Under the pieces are notes generated by a model. It worked only from the letters and a program-made list of their open reading frames with translations. It did no database searches and was not told the DNA's origin. From the NCBI RefSeq assembly GCF_001194135.2, contig NC_069001.1, positions 1,751,817 to 1,813,099 on the forward strand: DNA of 61,283 nt, in the 5' to 3' direction. Of this stretch, positions 26,004 to 39,949 are shown in pieces. Made by a program: the position numbers and the translations under genes. Position 1 is the first letter of the stretch. The number at the start of each line of letters is the position of its first letter. This stretch comes from Octopus bimaculoides (lineage: Eukaryota).

Positions 26004-27664
26004 NNNNNNNNNNNNNNNNNNNNNNNNNNNNNNNNNNNNNNNNNNNNNNNNNNNNNNNNNNNNNNNNNNNNNNNNNNNNNNNNNNNNNNNNNNNNNNNNN
26101 NNNNNNNNNNNNNNNNNNNNNNNNNNNNNNNNNNNNNTCTCTCTCTCTCTCTCTCTCTCTTTATATATTTCTGTATTTTTTGTTTTTATATATTTTTACA
26201 CTCGTTTTCATTATTTATTAATTTCTTTTACTTTCATTGTGGGCCGATCCACTGACCATACTGGACATTACGTTTTAGCTTATTGAATGGACAGACAATG
26301 TAGCGGGGGAAAAATAGAAGCAAAATAAAAAAAAATAAAAAAACATATATAATAATAATAATAATAATAATAGGCTATAACCATTATACTAAAATAACAG
26401 CAAACAAAAAATGCAATAAAAACAAAATATTTAAAATATGGGATGTCTGTAAGAGATTCCTTGGTTCTTCTGATAACGAACAAGACAGAAATAATTTAGA
26501 GGATGAAATATTTTGGAAGGGAGATTCAAGAAGAAATGTAAAATATATTGGTAAAATTTGCAGCTTATTTGTTCATTGGTCGGATGTGTCTCAAAAGCTG
26601 ACAGACATGTAAAGAAAATATTTTTCAAAAATCCCCTCAAAATCTTGACAAAAAAACATTAAAGAAACCCATAATGGACTCTGAATTAATATGGCTGAAC
26701 TATCTTTAGAATTTGTCAACTGACTGGACGTCTTGGAGTTTGTATTTCCTAACTTTTTACTGACATTCTTTTGGTGTATTTTTTTTTGGTGAATTCTTCA
26801 GGAGTTTTCTCCTGTTATATGCATATTTGTTTTTTCCTTTTTTGTTCTATTTTGTTCTTATTTTCATGTGGTTCTTTGGTTCAGGTTTTGGATTTTGTCT
26901 TCTGCTTTTAAAATTACATTATTAATATTTCAATTTGATTGCTTCTTTATTCTTATTCTTTCTTTTATACATTTCTTCATCGCTGTTGTTTCTTTCACAT
27001 CTTCCTTCCCCTATCCTACTCCATTCTTCTTTCACATTTCCAGATATTTTCAAACCTGGCTATAAAAGAAAATTTTATATCAGCGAAAAGGACTTTTTTT
27101 TTCTTATGTATTCAAATCTATATTTTTTTAAAAATTCAACTATATTTTGTATTTATCTTTTGTATCTTCTTTTTGATATTTAAGTTTTATAGTTTTCACT
27201 TTATCTTATTTTTGCTTTTTTACAGTGTTGTTGTTTGCCATTTTCTATGTAATTTAAAGACATATATTCCAGAATATTCTAGTGGACTTTATTGGAATAT
27301 CAAGAAAATGCAAATTTTCTCTGTCTTTATGATTCATTCCATTTGAATGAATGAGTTCTTTTTCATCTCATGGCTGAAGCAAAATGGATGAATTTATATT
27401 TTCATTGACCAAAATTGACTATTTCATCATGGAATTAGAGAATTCCTCATATTCAATGAGAGAACTTCCATTCTCTGCCGTTTTCCCCTCCTCTGTAAAA
27501 TGTATAAAGTTTCTCTGGAAAAATTTGACTCTTTTTATATAAAACTGTCTGGTTGAATTTGAAACAAAATCACAACCCAAATTTCATTACAATGTGAATG
27601 ACAACATGGCCATCTTCAAGATAATAAATACCTTTATATAAGATTATATTTATTTTACTTACTG

Positions 27665-27875
27665 CTTTAGCATTTAAACCAGCCTTATCCAGCCCAAATA
27701 TTCCATTTTGTGGTCAAACAGGCCATATCCAGCCTCTCACACCTACCCTACAATGTCATTCTAAAAGTAATCATGTCACTGGAATCACCACAGCTATGAG
27801 ATAACGCCTGATTAATTCAAAACAATGTGAATAAAAAAGCATTACATTTGACAGAGTAATTTGAATGCTAAAGGG
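27665..27875. mobile_element. TTAA-type (piggyBac-like) MITE with a decayed left end
   Basis: ctttagcatttaaa ... tttgaatgctaaaggg inverted termini. Related fragments at about 20265-20380 and 47993-48180. Confidence 0.6.
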
Positions 27876-28023
27876 TAAGACCCCTTCCAAATATCATGAT
27901 TATATTGAAAATTGGAGCATTCAGGAATTCTTCTTTGGAATATAATCACCAAAGAATTCATAACAGTTTCTTCTTATTTAATGAAATTTGGTTCTTTGAG
28001 ATTAAACAGTAAACCTGTTAAAA

Positions 28024-28992
28024 ATGGAGCCTGAAATTTCTGTTCAGACAGGTGTAATCATAGCTGTTAATTTTATTATCATTGTTGGTAATATTCTCAT
28101 AATTCTTGTACTTTGCAACACGAATTGCCTTCACAATGTCAACAAACTGTTTTTCTATTCACTGACTTTTGCTGACCTCTGTCTAGGACTTTTCATAACC
28201 CCATTTTCCATCCTCACCTCTTTTTTTGGCCAATGGGTGTATGGTGACAACAGATTTTGTCAAGTCGAAGCCTATCTTACTACTATATTCTGGATTGCTG
28301 GCCTGTATTCACTGATGTGCATCAATGTTGATCACTACATTGCTATTCGTAGACCAGAGCGGTACAATACGCTCATGTCTCCGGTACGCTGTATCTGTTG
28401 GACAGTTTTTGTGTGGTTTTCAGCTTTCAGCTTCTGCTGTCCTCCGCTTTTTGCACTGCATCGTGCGCGATACGATGAGGAGGCCTTCATGTGCATCATC
28501 GACACCAGGCTCCAGTTGGCCTACTTCATCACAGCAGGCCTCATCATGACCTGTCCGCCGATATTTGGGCTGATTTACACCATTTCCTACTTGTGCTCCT
28601 CTTCCTTCAGAAAGAAACGGGAGGTCTATGAGACAATCCTTCAAGACCGAGCATCTCGACCATGGAATTACTTCATGAACTCTGTAGCATCTGTAATATT
28701 CACCTTGGCATGGATCCCATGGTGTGTTTTACAAGTGCACGATATTATTTACAGTAGGACCCAAAATGGATACAGGAGCCCATTGCATTTTTACTTGTTG
28801 TGGCTTGCCATCGGGAACTCATTCTACAAGTTTTTCATCTATATAACAATGAGTCGTGAGTTTCGTATGGGTCTGCGGCAACTGTGGAGCAAACCTGACT
28901 GCTCGTGTTCAGCTTCCAGAATACAGGAGCAAGAATCAAACGTTATAACTTTAGACACAAAAATGAGGAACAGATCAAGTATGGATGTCTAG
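28024..28992 (+). CDS. Intronless class A orphan GPCR, GPR52/GPR21-like, 322 aa
   Basis: Seven hydrophobic segments with TM1 GN, TM2 LxxADL, ECL1 W...C, TM3 DHY, TM6 AWIP, TM7 WLAIGNSFYKFFIY and helix 8 EFRMGLRQL. TM7/helix 8 resemble GPR52 WLAISNSFCNCVIY...FRLGLRRL as recalled. Confidence 0.93.
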   Translation: MEPEISVQTGVIIAVNFIIIVGNILIILVLCNTNCLHNVNKLFFYSLTFADLCLGLFITPFSILTSFFGQWVYGDNRFCQVEAYLTTIFWIAGLYSLMCINVDHYIAIRRPERYNTLMSPVRCICWTVFVWFSAFSFCCPPLFALHRARYDEEAFMCIIDTRLQLAYFITAGLIMTCPPIFGLIYTISYLCSSSFRKKREVYETILQDRASRPWNYFMNSVASVIFTLAWIPWCVLQVHDIIYSRTQNGYRSPLHFYLLWLAIGNSFYKFFIYITMSREFRMGLRQLWSKPDCSCSASRIQEQESNVITLDTKMRNRSSMDV

Positions 28993-31251
28993 AAATCTCT
29001 ATAAAAAAAAAAGTGCACCATAATACAGTTCATAAAACTTATTTTCCAAATTTTTTTCACTGTTGTACATCCATACATCATGTTTGTAGTGTGGCTGGAA
29101 TGATTTATTCTGTTGGAAGATTCGTTTAAATATCTGGATAATGCCATTCTGATTGCTAACTAAACACTCAACCATGACTTGAGAACTTGGAATCTAATAC
29201 ATATTGTGGTTCACTCTGTCCAGCTGGAGCAAATGGAGTTAATGTGCCTTGGACAGGTATTAAGGGCTGTTAGGCCAAGACGAATTATAATGGGTAACAC
29301 CTGGGGAGAAATTTTGAAAGGATATAGAATAGAGAGTAGAAGGGACAAAATATCAAGAGGCAAAAGAAATGACATCTGGCTGGCCATTAAATCCAGAAAA
29401 TACAGAGAGAGACAAGAAAAATGGCCTGTAGTCACGTGACCAACAGGCAGAGGGGAAGGGGGTGAGAGAGAGAATGAGGGAAAGAAACAGAGGGAGTGAG
29501 GAGAAAGGAGAAAGAAAGAAAGAAAGAAAGACAGGGAACAGCAAAGAAGGAAGGGGAGAGAAAGAAATATAGAAGATGATAGAAAGAAAAAAAAAAAAGG
29601 CAGGGGACAGAGTGTTGAGTCACAGAGATTATATGTAAATGTAAAAAACTCATTGTTGGCGCTGGTGATGTCCGGTTCTTAATGTGTGTATAGTTTCATT
29701 TATTTAATAATTGAACACCACACGGCCCTTGTGGACTGGAACTTAAAAAGTCTACTTCACAACCTGTTGAATAAAAGCTAATCAGGTGAAATATTCAGAC
29801 CCAGTTAAAATGAACTTTATAACATTTTTACTCTGCTTTTATTATTGAACCACCATCCTATCCATATTTTTATTCATATTGCTTTAAAATAATAACTTTT
29901 AACCAACATTCACACACACACACACACACACATGTTTACCAGGGGTTATATTCCGAGTTTGCTAGGTGTGCACTGCACAGTCAACCAAAAATGGCAAAAT
30001 TCATAATAAATATTTCCTTACTCGTTAATTTAATTACAAATCTTAATGGAAAAACTTTTGTTATATTCCTGCTTGAAATTTGGTGGCATTGGGTGTGGCA
30101 ACACACCCAGTACAACCACCACCACCATCCACGCCGCTGATGTTAACACATGTACACATCCATATCTGGGTAAACGAATGTGTGTGCACATTCAGTTTTA
30201 TCGTTATATTTAATAAACATTTAGTCTTGCTCTGTGTGTGAGGGATGAGCATGTTTACATGAGCTATGTGCTTTTTCTGTGTATTCCTTTGTTGTCCTTC
30301 TGTGCAACTTTGCACTCCTGTGTCATCATCGTCATTTAACGTCCGCTTTCCATGCTGGCATGGGTTGGACAATTTGACTGAGGACTGGTGAACCGGATGG
30401 CTGCACCAGGCTCCAATCAGATCTGGCAGAGTTTCTACAGCTGGATACCCTTCCTAACGCCAACCACTCTGAGAGTGTAGTGGGTGCTTTTTATGTGCCA
30501 CAGGGACAGGGACCAGTCAGGCAGTTCTGGCAACAGTGCCACCTGCACAGGAGCCAGTCCAACGGCACTGGCAGCGACCACGCTCAAATGTTTTTCGTGT
30601 GCCACTGGCATAGGTGCCAGTAAGGTGACACTGGTAACGATCACGCTCAAATGGTGCATTTTATGTGCCACCGGCACGGGAGTCAGTCAGTGGCCCTGGC
30701 AACGATCACACTTGGATAGTGCTTTTAATGTTCCACTGGCACGGTTGCCACATATATATATACACAGACATGTACACATGACCATTGTATTCTGTGATTT
30801 CATTAAATGGTTCAGTTATTATTTTTCAATGCTTGGAGCTTTCCTTAAACAATTGTCCATCAGGTGGTCAATGATAATGAGGAATAGTTTATTCAGTAAA
30901 ATACTTTCCTACCCCCCCTCCCGGCAATCCTCATTTCTATTTGGTTCAATCCATTGTCTGGGTTTAAAGCCACCACTTGACTCCTTTTGTGCTTTTAACA
31001 GAGTCCACTCTTTTGCAAGCATTTAGCTCAACCCTTTGGTCTGACAGTCTGAGGGTAACTTTTCCCTATTGCCAATACTGTATGGGGTGTTCATAAGTTA
31101 CCTTTATAACTTCCATAGCAAAATTGAATCTATTAACGTTGAGATCCATCGATAAACTTCTTTGCACGTTAAATAAATATTATTAAAGTTTTAATATTGT
31201 TGTAATATTTGAATTACTTTTGTTAATCTTTAAAGGTGTTTATTATTATCC

Positions 31252-31304
<53 letters not shown>

Positions 31305-33522
31305 TGTGCAGAAGAAAAAGTTTTCAATAAGATAGTAACTTTTAATATTTTTATTTGGGTTTTGTCAGTGTTTCATTTTTCTGGATTTTGTCTGGACATT
31401 CACAGTCATCGGGCAAGTTATGATGATTCGTAACTTACTCAATGACTCTGCGAGCATACAGGCAAAGGTCCAGGGTTGTAAGGGACAGACTTAACCAAAA
31501 TATGAATTAATATAGACACAAATCATTCATCCAGACTGAACAGACAAAATACACACTCACACACTGCACACACGTTTACACACACACGTTTACACACACA
31601 CGTTTACACATACACTTTTATCTTGATATTGAATACTCTGTTTTTTAACTGAAACAAGCTGTGCATCATTACAATATGTATGCGTATAGAAATTTGTGTT
31701 TGCATGTGTGTGTGTATGTATACACACATATATACATACATACATTTTCTTCTCAATGTATTTAAGCTACAACCACTAACGATATACTCTAATGAATCTG
31801 AACGAATGGAACATTGCTTATGTAACGAGGTACATCTTTACATCACCTGGTGAGATACTTCTGTACCTTGGGATGCACCAAAATTGATTGTATAGTTTCC
31901 CACCCCTGAGGGAGCAAGGCAAGATGTGTCGAAACGATCATTGTGATCCAGAAAGTTTCCTGTATATTCCATTTCTCATCTCTATTGCTTTTGTTATATG
32001 TACATGCATAATTACATAAGTAACAAACTGGAAGAATAAAGAGTACTCAATGCTGGAAGGTAGATAACTAGTTGTTTTTAATGCAACTTATGTTAATATT
32101 CAAGAACCCAAGGTTCCCTGCTGTATGATGACAAAAGTCAGCAAAAGTTTTAAAATCACAAACAACAACTCCATCATTATAATTGATGATAGCTGAGCAT
32201 CAGCTACTATTCCAATTCATGTTCAATAATTCTTGACACTTGTCAGCATGAAACCTCAGGTTCTAGAACATATATATATATAATACTATGCTATGCAGTA
32301 TTACAGATCCATTTCAGCTGATTTTGCTTATTAGTATCATATATGATTTAGATGATAACCAACGCTGCTTGTCAGAAATGTTGATGAACAGTATCTTAAG
32401 TCACTGCCTGACTCATATGCAAAACAGATTTTGATAAAATCAACTAGTATGAACCTGTAATATGAGTGCCTGTTTTCTCTGACTTATGGATTCTTAGATG
32501 ACATATATATATATATATATATTTCAAATTAGACTAAAGAGAATAAAAAAATTCTTCCCTTAAAATTCAAGCATTATTTTTGCTAAGTCTGCCATGATTT
32601 TTCTGAAAAGACTCTGTAGTCAAGGCTTCCATTGTTTAAACTCTCGTCTCTCAGCAAAATCTTCATGAGGGTCGGTAAATTTGTTTAAATGGTTCTAATC
32701 CCAGAAAAAGTAGAAAAAAAACAAAACAAAACAAAAAAGAATTGTGAGGCAGGAATGTTTCATGCTTTTTCTGTAAACTTTATTTGTTCAAACATATTTC
32801 TATAGCTTCTGCTAAAAGAGGAAAAAAAGTGTTGCCGTATTTTGCATCATTCATTGTTATATAATTGTTGTTAATATTTTCCTGAATGTGGACATTTTTA
32901 ATGTCTAGAATTAAATGGAAAATGGTCTGGCATCATTTCTGTTGCAATGTTATTGGTTATTTTTATTTATTTATATATTTATATTTCTATCCAAATATAT
33001 ATACATATTTATGTATTTATTCTCAAAAGAGTATCATTAAAAATCCAAAGAAAATCCATAATTAAGGATAATGAATGTCTTGGACTATTTCCTGTGAAAT
33101 TGCTGTTTAAAATATGAAATTTTATTCTAATGCTCTCATGATGTTTTACAGAAAGAGAGAAAAAAATTAAATAAATAAAAGCTTGTTTTGAAATATTAAA
33201 TAACCACAGATTACATCTTTTATTGTTCGTTGTTGTTTTTGTTGTTCTTTGCTTATCTTTATTGAAATGTTGACTGCATAACGAATGCGTCAGCAATGTG
33301 TTATCCAAGGGGCCTGGTGTAAAGAAACTGGAAGGACTATGTGTCTTAGGGGTTGGCATGGATGTGTGGTAAGAAGCTTGCTATTCAATCACATACTTCT
33401 GAGTTCAGTCCCATTGCATGTCACCTAGAGCAAATGCCTTCTAATATAGCCTCACGCCAACTAAAGCCTTGTGAGTAGATCTGGTAGAAAAGAAACTGAA
33501 ATAGGCCTATCGTATATATATG

Positions 33523-33586
<64 letters not shown>

Positions 33587-33638
33587 TAAATAGAGAGAGA
33601 GAGAGAGATACAGATAGCTAGGCAGATGAACAGGCAGA

Positions 33639-33686
<48 letters not shown>

Positions 33687-34196
33687 TATAGATAGATAAA
33701 TAGATAGATAGATAGATAGATAGAAAGATAGATATATGGAGAGATAGATACACATAGACAAATAGATAGTCATAATCCAGAGATTTAAAAGAGTAGACAT
33801 ACCAGAACGATTTCATTTCTTCTAACGGACTTAGCTGTTTTCCATGCTATAAATAGCTTCTGACAATTGAACAAACATTTTAATTCCATTCGATTGCCAT
33901 CGTTATGGCTGTTGGATGAGAATCTAATAGGTCGGAAATAATTGCACACGCGTGGGATGCTATTTATAAAATCAGGATTTGCATGTGTGTGTGTCTGTGT
34001 GTGTGTGCACATGTGTATGTATGCATGCATGCATGCGTGTGCGTGAGTGTGTGTGCATGCATACGTGTGTGAGTGTTGTGTGCATGCATGTGTGTATGCA
34101 TGTGAGTGTGCATGCATGTGTGTGTGTGTACGAGAGAGATTGATATAGTTAAATACACACTCCCTTATTTGTGTATATATGTGTATGTATGTACAT

Positions 34197-34284
<88 letters not shown>

Positions 34285-34345
34285 TTTCTACAATAGGCAC
34301 AAGGCCTGAACTTTCGGGGTAGGGGGCTAGTTGATTAGATTGCCC

Positions 34346-35026
34346 NNNNNNNNNNNNNNNNNNNNNNNNNNNNNNNNNNNNNNNNNNNNNNNNNNNNNNN
34401 NNNNNNNNNNNNNNNNNNNNNNNNNNNNNNNNNNNNNNNNNNNNNNNNNNNNNNNNNNNNNNNNNNNNNNNNNNNNNNNNNNNNNNNNNNNNNNNNNNNN
34501 NNNNNNNNNNNNNNNNNNNNNNNNNNNNNNNNNNNNNNNNNNNNNNNNNNNNNNNNNNNNNNNNNNNNNNNNNNNNNNNNNNNNNNNNNNNNNNNNNNNN
34601 NNNNNNNNNNNNNNNNNNNNNNNNNNNNNNNNNNNNNNNNNNNNNNNNNNNNNNNNNNNNNNNNNNNNNNNNNNNNNNNNNNNNNNNNNNNNNNNNNNNN
34701 NNNNNNNNNNNNNNNNNNNNNNNNNNNNNNNNNNNNNNNNNNNNNNNNNNNNNNNNNNNNNNNNNNNNNNNNNNNNNNNNNNNNNNNNNNNNNNNNNNNN
34801 NNNNNNNNNNNNNNNNNNNNNNNNNNNNNNNNNNNNNNNNNNNNNNNNNNNNNNNNNNNNNNNNNNNNNNNNNNNNNNNNNNNNNNNNNNNNNNNNNNNN
34901 NNNNNNNNNNNNNNNNNNNNNNNNNNNNNNNNNNNNNNNNNNNNNNNNNNNNNNNNNNNNNNNNNNNNNNNNNNNNNNNNNNNNNNNNNNNNNNNNNNNN
35001 NNNNNNNNNNNNNNNNNNNNNNNNNT
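34346..35026. other. Assembly gap (largest of 11)
   Basis: Run of N. Others at 9369-9382, 14490-14499, 19890-19986, 26004-26137, 39549-39558, 41388-41999, 43680-44080, 50726-50947, 53278-53837 and 58499-58845. Confidence 1.
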
Positions 35027-35398
35027 GGTGGTGGCGGTGGTGGCGGTGGTGAAGTGTATGTATACGTAAGCATGTGTGTGTGCATCTATGTGTGAGTGTT
35101 TGTATACCTGTGTATGTATATATGTATGTATGTATGTGTGTATGTATGTATGTTATGACTGAAATTTCGGATATACATTTTCAATTTAAAAAAAAAAAAA
35201 ATTTAATGGAAGAAATAAAAATTCAGTTTCACCCTAAAAGCCATTATGGGATATTTTCTTGATACATTTTAAGAGAGAAATATTTCACCTTATTTCATTA
35301 CATTACATTCAATGAAGGAAGTTGATCTTATTGATTTCTTAAAATAGATTTATATGTTTATAATAACAAATAGTATGTTTTTTAAATGAAAAACAACC

Positions 35399-35437
<39 letters not shown>

Positions 35438-36519
35438 TTCATTGAAATATCTCTTTTTTTATAACTGTCTGTACTAGTTCTTGAAATTTTTATCGTATGG
35501 AGGCTTCTTTTAACCCAAAGTTAAAAGCTAATTGTTGCTATAGCGAGATGCGAATGTCCTTTGAGAAAAATAAACACACACGCAAACACACACACAAACA
35601 CACACAACATGATGAGGAACTCTTGAACCACAGCTCCACAACCAGAGGTATTTTAAAATTATACCCAGGACATAATTACTACAACTCCCAAGGCTTTAAT
35701 CAACGCTGGGATACAGTAAAAGACATTCACCTGAGGTGTCACACTGTAGGACTGAACCTGAAACCATGTGACTGGAGAGCAAACTTCTTAACCACACAGC
35801 CATGGTAGTGGGTCAGGTTTGATCCTGGAAGTAAAGCACAGTAACAGAAACGGCTTAGAAATGGGAAAGTAATGCCAGAGAGTACGGTAGCCCGACGCTC
35901 GTACATCTGTTATAATTACTACAGCAAAATACGGAATGTGTTATGAATAAATAAATATAAGGACTCTAAGTCTCACTGTGAAATTAGCCCCCAAGAGATA
36001 TTTATTTATTCATAAACCATACTGTATTGGAACTCTAATAATTATTGTCAGGTCATTAACATTACACCATTATGTAAATGAACTGAATGTCTGTCTCAAG
36101 ATTTTTTTCTTTTTTCTTTCTGCTTAACACTTTAGTAAGTAGCTTATCTTCTCTCTCTACTTCTCTGCTTGATGCAAAGGCCACTGTGGACCCTAATTCT
36201 GTGGTGAGAGGGAGGCTATGCATCTGTGGATTTGTATCCCTACATACATATATATGTGTGTGTGTGTGAAGGCGCATGGCTCAGTGGTCAGACCATCGAC
36301 TTTGCCATTCATCCTTTCGGGGTCGATAAATTAAGTACCAGTCACGCACTGGAGTCGATGTAATCGACTCAATCCCTTTGTCTGTCCTTGTTTGCCCCCT
36401 CTATGTTTAGCCCCTCGTGGGCAATAAAGAAATAAGAATTTCATTCATCTTTACGTTCTTGAGTATTCCAAGCAATCTTCAGGCTCAGGGTGTAATACTC
36501 TAAAGGATATGCATCTCTC

Positions 36520-36690
36520 TGTGGTTGGAATAATCTTTTACTGATCCTACCAACTGAGATTATAGATAATATCCAACCATCTCATTCTTGGTCTTCAGCT
36601 GGTCAGCTTGGCTAAAAGAATCTGTCTTGCAATCCTTTCTGCTGACATTCTTCACGTATGTCCATAGTTCAAACAGTGGCTTAACCACAA
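36520..36690 (-). mobile_element. RTE-like LINE C-terminal remnant
   Basis: Minus translation RMSAERIARQILLAKLTS*RPRMRWLDYIYNLSW. Confidence 0.5.
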
Positions 36691-36889
36691 TTTATGAATC
36701 TAAAAAAATCTCTTGTTTTCCTACACCAAAAACTAAGCAAGCGCTCACTTTACTATTAGTTTTACATGCAGCAGGCACCCTGAGTACTATATTTTTTTTT
36801 CCCCCAGCCTTTCAGAAAATAAAAATATGCATATTGCACAATATCTAGACTTTATATTCCTATTTTCTTGTTAAGCTAGATACAACTAT

Positions 36890-36893
36890 ACGT

Positions 36894-36926
<33 letters not shown>

Positions 36927-37816
36927 GGTGTGAGAGTGAGTGTGTGTGTGTGTGTGTGTGCGTGTGAGTGAGTGTGTGTGGGTATATGTGTATAAGTGTG
37001 TGAGCGTGTCTGTAGGTGCATGTGTGTATGTGTGTGTGTGTGTCTATGTGTATGAGTGTGTGAGCATGTGTATGTGTCAGTGTCTGTAGGTGTGTGTGTG
37101 TGTATGTGTCTATGTGTGTGCATGTGTATGTATGCCGTGTGTGCGTGTGTGTATGTATGTCGTGTTGTGTGTGTGTAGACGTGTGTCTGCCAATGCACAG
37201 GAGTAAAAGATGGTTTGTAAAATTCACAATATGCAATAATTATTCTCGCTGTTATTCCTTCCTTCCTTCCTCACCTCTACCATCACATTACCATTTTATC
37301 AATGGTTAAGTATCTCCAACAATACAATTCAGAAGACTTATTCCATATCGATTCCACTCAACAAGACTTGAGCGAAAAGGAAAAAAAAGCAAAGAATTTC
37401 TCTGACAGCAAGTGTGTGTGCATGTGTGTGTATATGCACACATACATACACCTTATATCTATGTGTGTGTGTGTGTGTGCGTGTGCATATATATATAATA
37501 TATACATATATGTATGTGTATGTGCATATGTGTTTTGTGGATGTGTGTATATACATATGTGTGTGTATGTATATGTGTTGGCATATGTTTGCGTGTATGT
37601 ATATATGTATGTGTATGTATGTGTGCATGTGTATGTGTGTATATATATATATATATACACACACACATATATATATACACACACACGCATATATATATAT
37701 AAAATGAAAACAAGATTAAAAAAAGGATGTCAAAAAGGAAAGATAAAATAATAGTAAAGGTAATAACAATATTAAATATAACAATAACAACAATAACAAC
37801 AACAATAATAAAAAAC

Positions 37817-37865
<49 letters not shown>

Positions 37866-37870
37866 TACTA
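36890..37870. repeat. Compound (GT/TA)n and (AAT)n microsatellite block
   Basis: Visible directly. Similar blocks at 33520-34280, 21630-21750, 25780-26160 and 45510-45590. Confidence 0.95.
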
Positions 37871-38818
37871 ATAACTGGAGAACTAGAAAGCTGCGATTCT
37901 TTTATATTCATGGTGCCAGGTAATCCCTTTAATTCTCTTCCTCCTCCCCCTCGCCACCCCCACATCCTGGCTTACTGAGTTTTTTTTTTCTTTTTTCCTT
38001 TTTTCTTTTCTCTTTTCCGTATCACAGACTTCTTCGTCAACATAGATTAGTTACAAACGATTAACTTTTTCTCTTTCGTTATATTCCTTGTTTGGTTTTG
38101 GTCTGCTTCGAGGAATAAATTCCATGAATGTTCTTCGTCCACAGAGAGGAAAAAATTTCATTCTCTTTCAGTTTGTCTTTTACTCTTATATATCACTCAC
38201 TGGACTGCAGCCATGCTGGAGCACCAGCATGGCGCCTCCATGAAGAGGATTTATTCGACACCCCTGATCCCCTGCCCCAGTACTTAGATATTTTAAAGTC
38301 TGGTACATAGTATATCAGTTCTTTAGCTGAACTGCTAAGTGACAGGGATGTTAACAAACCCAACATTAGTTGTCAAAACAGTGGTGAGGAACAGACACAC
38401 AGACACTGACACACATTAAAGGAAAAGGAAAACAAAACCAAGGAAGGATGAGCGTCTCAAGTCATTTAAAATATTTAATTAAAGGTGAATCAAAAAAGGA
38501 AAATGCTTTACAGCTGTTTCTGGAATAACGCAGGTGATGGGTCAACATCTTCAAACACTGGGTATTCCGTCATCAGAGACAAGGTGCGTACGCAGGGAAG
38601 TTCCAGACAGAATTCACAGTAGACAGAAGAAGAAAGACAGAAAAATAAAGTGTGTATATCTATTTTTTTAGGAAGTTAAGAGTTATTGCTGGTCACAAAG
38701 TGACCATTAGCTTCACACCTATAAAGTGCTTAACAATATATGCATTGCCAATCGCTTGATAGGTGCAAAACAATATATACATATAAATGTGTGTGTATGT
38801 ATGCATGTATATATATAT

Positions 38819-39085
38819 ATGTCTGTGCACACGTTTGAATGTGGTGTGTGCCAGAGGGTTTGCAAATCCAATGGGGGTCTTAAAAGACATGTTAGGATCC
38901 ACAATGAGCAGAACTTACTTGCAGGTATTGGTAGTGCAAATCAGAGGTGCAATCTGTGTGGGTGTTTTTTCAAAACACTGTCTGGTTTAAAAAGCCACAT
39001 CAGACGCCATGAAAGGGCTAAGGTGTAGGTGCAGGAGGTGGTCAAACTCTGTTTAAGGAGTAGACAACCACCATATATATATATG
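38819..39085 (+). mobile_element. Two-C2H2-zinc-finger ORF fragment, probably the 3' end of a non-LTR retroelement
   Basis: CGVCQRVCKSNGGLKRHVRIH and CNLCGCFFKTLSGLKSHIRRH are both CX2CX12HX3H. There is no TGEKP linker, and the fragment is bounded by (TA)n on both sides. Confidence 0.5.
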
Positions 39086-39949
39086 TATACATACAAGCAC
39101 GAACACACACACACACACACAAAGCAGGCTTCCTCACAGTTTCTAGCTATTGAATCCATTCACAAGTTATTGATCACCCAGGGGTTATAGTAGAAGACAT
39201 TTTCCCAAAGTGCTGCGCAGTGGGACCAAACCTGAAACCATATGGTTGCAAAACAATCTTCTTAACTGCACATCCACACCTGTGCCTCTTCCCTCCCCTT
39301 TTCTTTACCTTCTTCTTCTTCCTCCCATCCACCTCCTCTCTATTGTTGTGGTTGTGGTTACTGCACCAATCTATCTAATTACTCTTTGACACTAAAAATC
39401 TTCAGATTTACCATTCCGTAATTGTCTGCGACAGACACAAAGAATGGTTCGGTCGAGCAGACTTGAGTTGTTTTAAACAGATTCATTCCATTCCGAAATA
39501 ACTTTCTTTGTAATCTCATCATTATTCCTTACTTAATTCCTTCTGTCCNNNNNNNNNNTTCTTTCCTTTTCTTCCTTCCTCCACTGCTCTCTTCTTCCAT
39601 CTTTTCTTTTCCATGTCCTTCTTTCCCTCTGTCTTTCTCCTCCCCTCCTCTTTCCTTTCTTTCCATCTGTCCTCCCTTATTTCCTTCCCTCTCCACTTTC
39701 TACCTTGTTTTTTTTACCTTCTTTCCTTCTTGCAACCCCCTCCCACCCCCATCGTCTTCTTCCTTCATTTCTGTCCAATATGTTGTACACCCCTCTATCT
39801 ATGTCTATCAAAGACCAAGCCCTCACACCTTCCAATGGCCTAGTCCACTGTCCACCTTTCACTAGGTGCCACAGGCTGGTGTAATTCTTTCTTCTAAACG
39901 GTCTAGCATTATTCTGTTCTATATTGGAGCCACAGGTTGGTGTAATTCT

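Noticed and set aside
34327-35095. ORFs of 130-350 aa spanning N runs (also 40989-42035, 43507-44206, 53037-53949, 58435-58926)
   Set aside because: Their length comes from assembly gaps.
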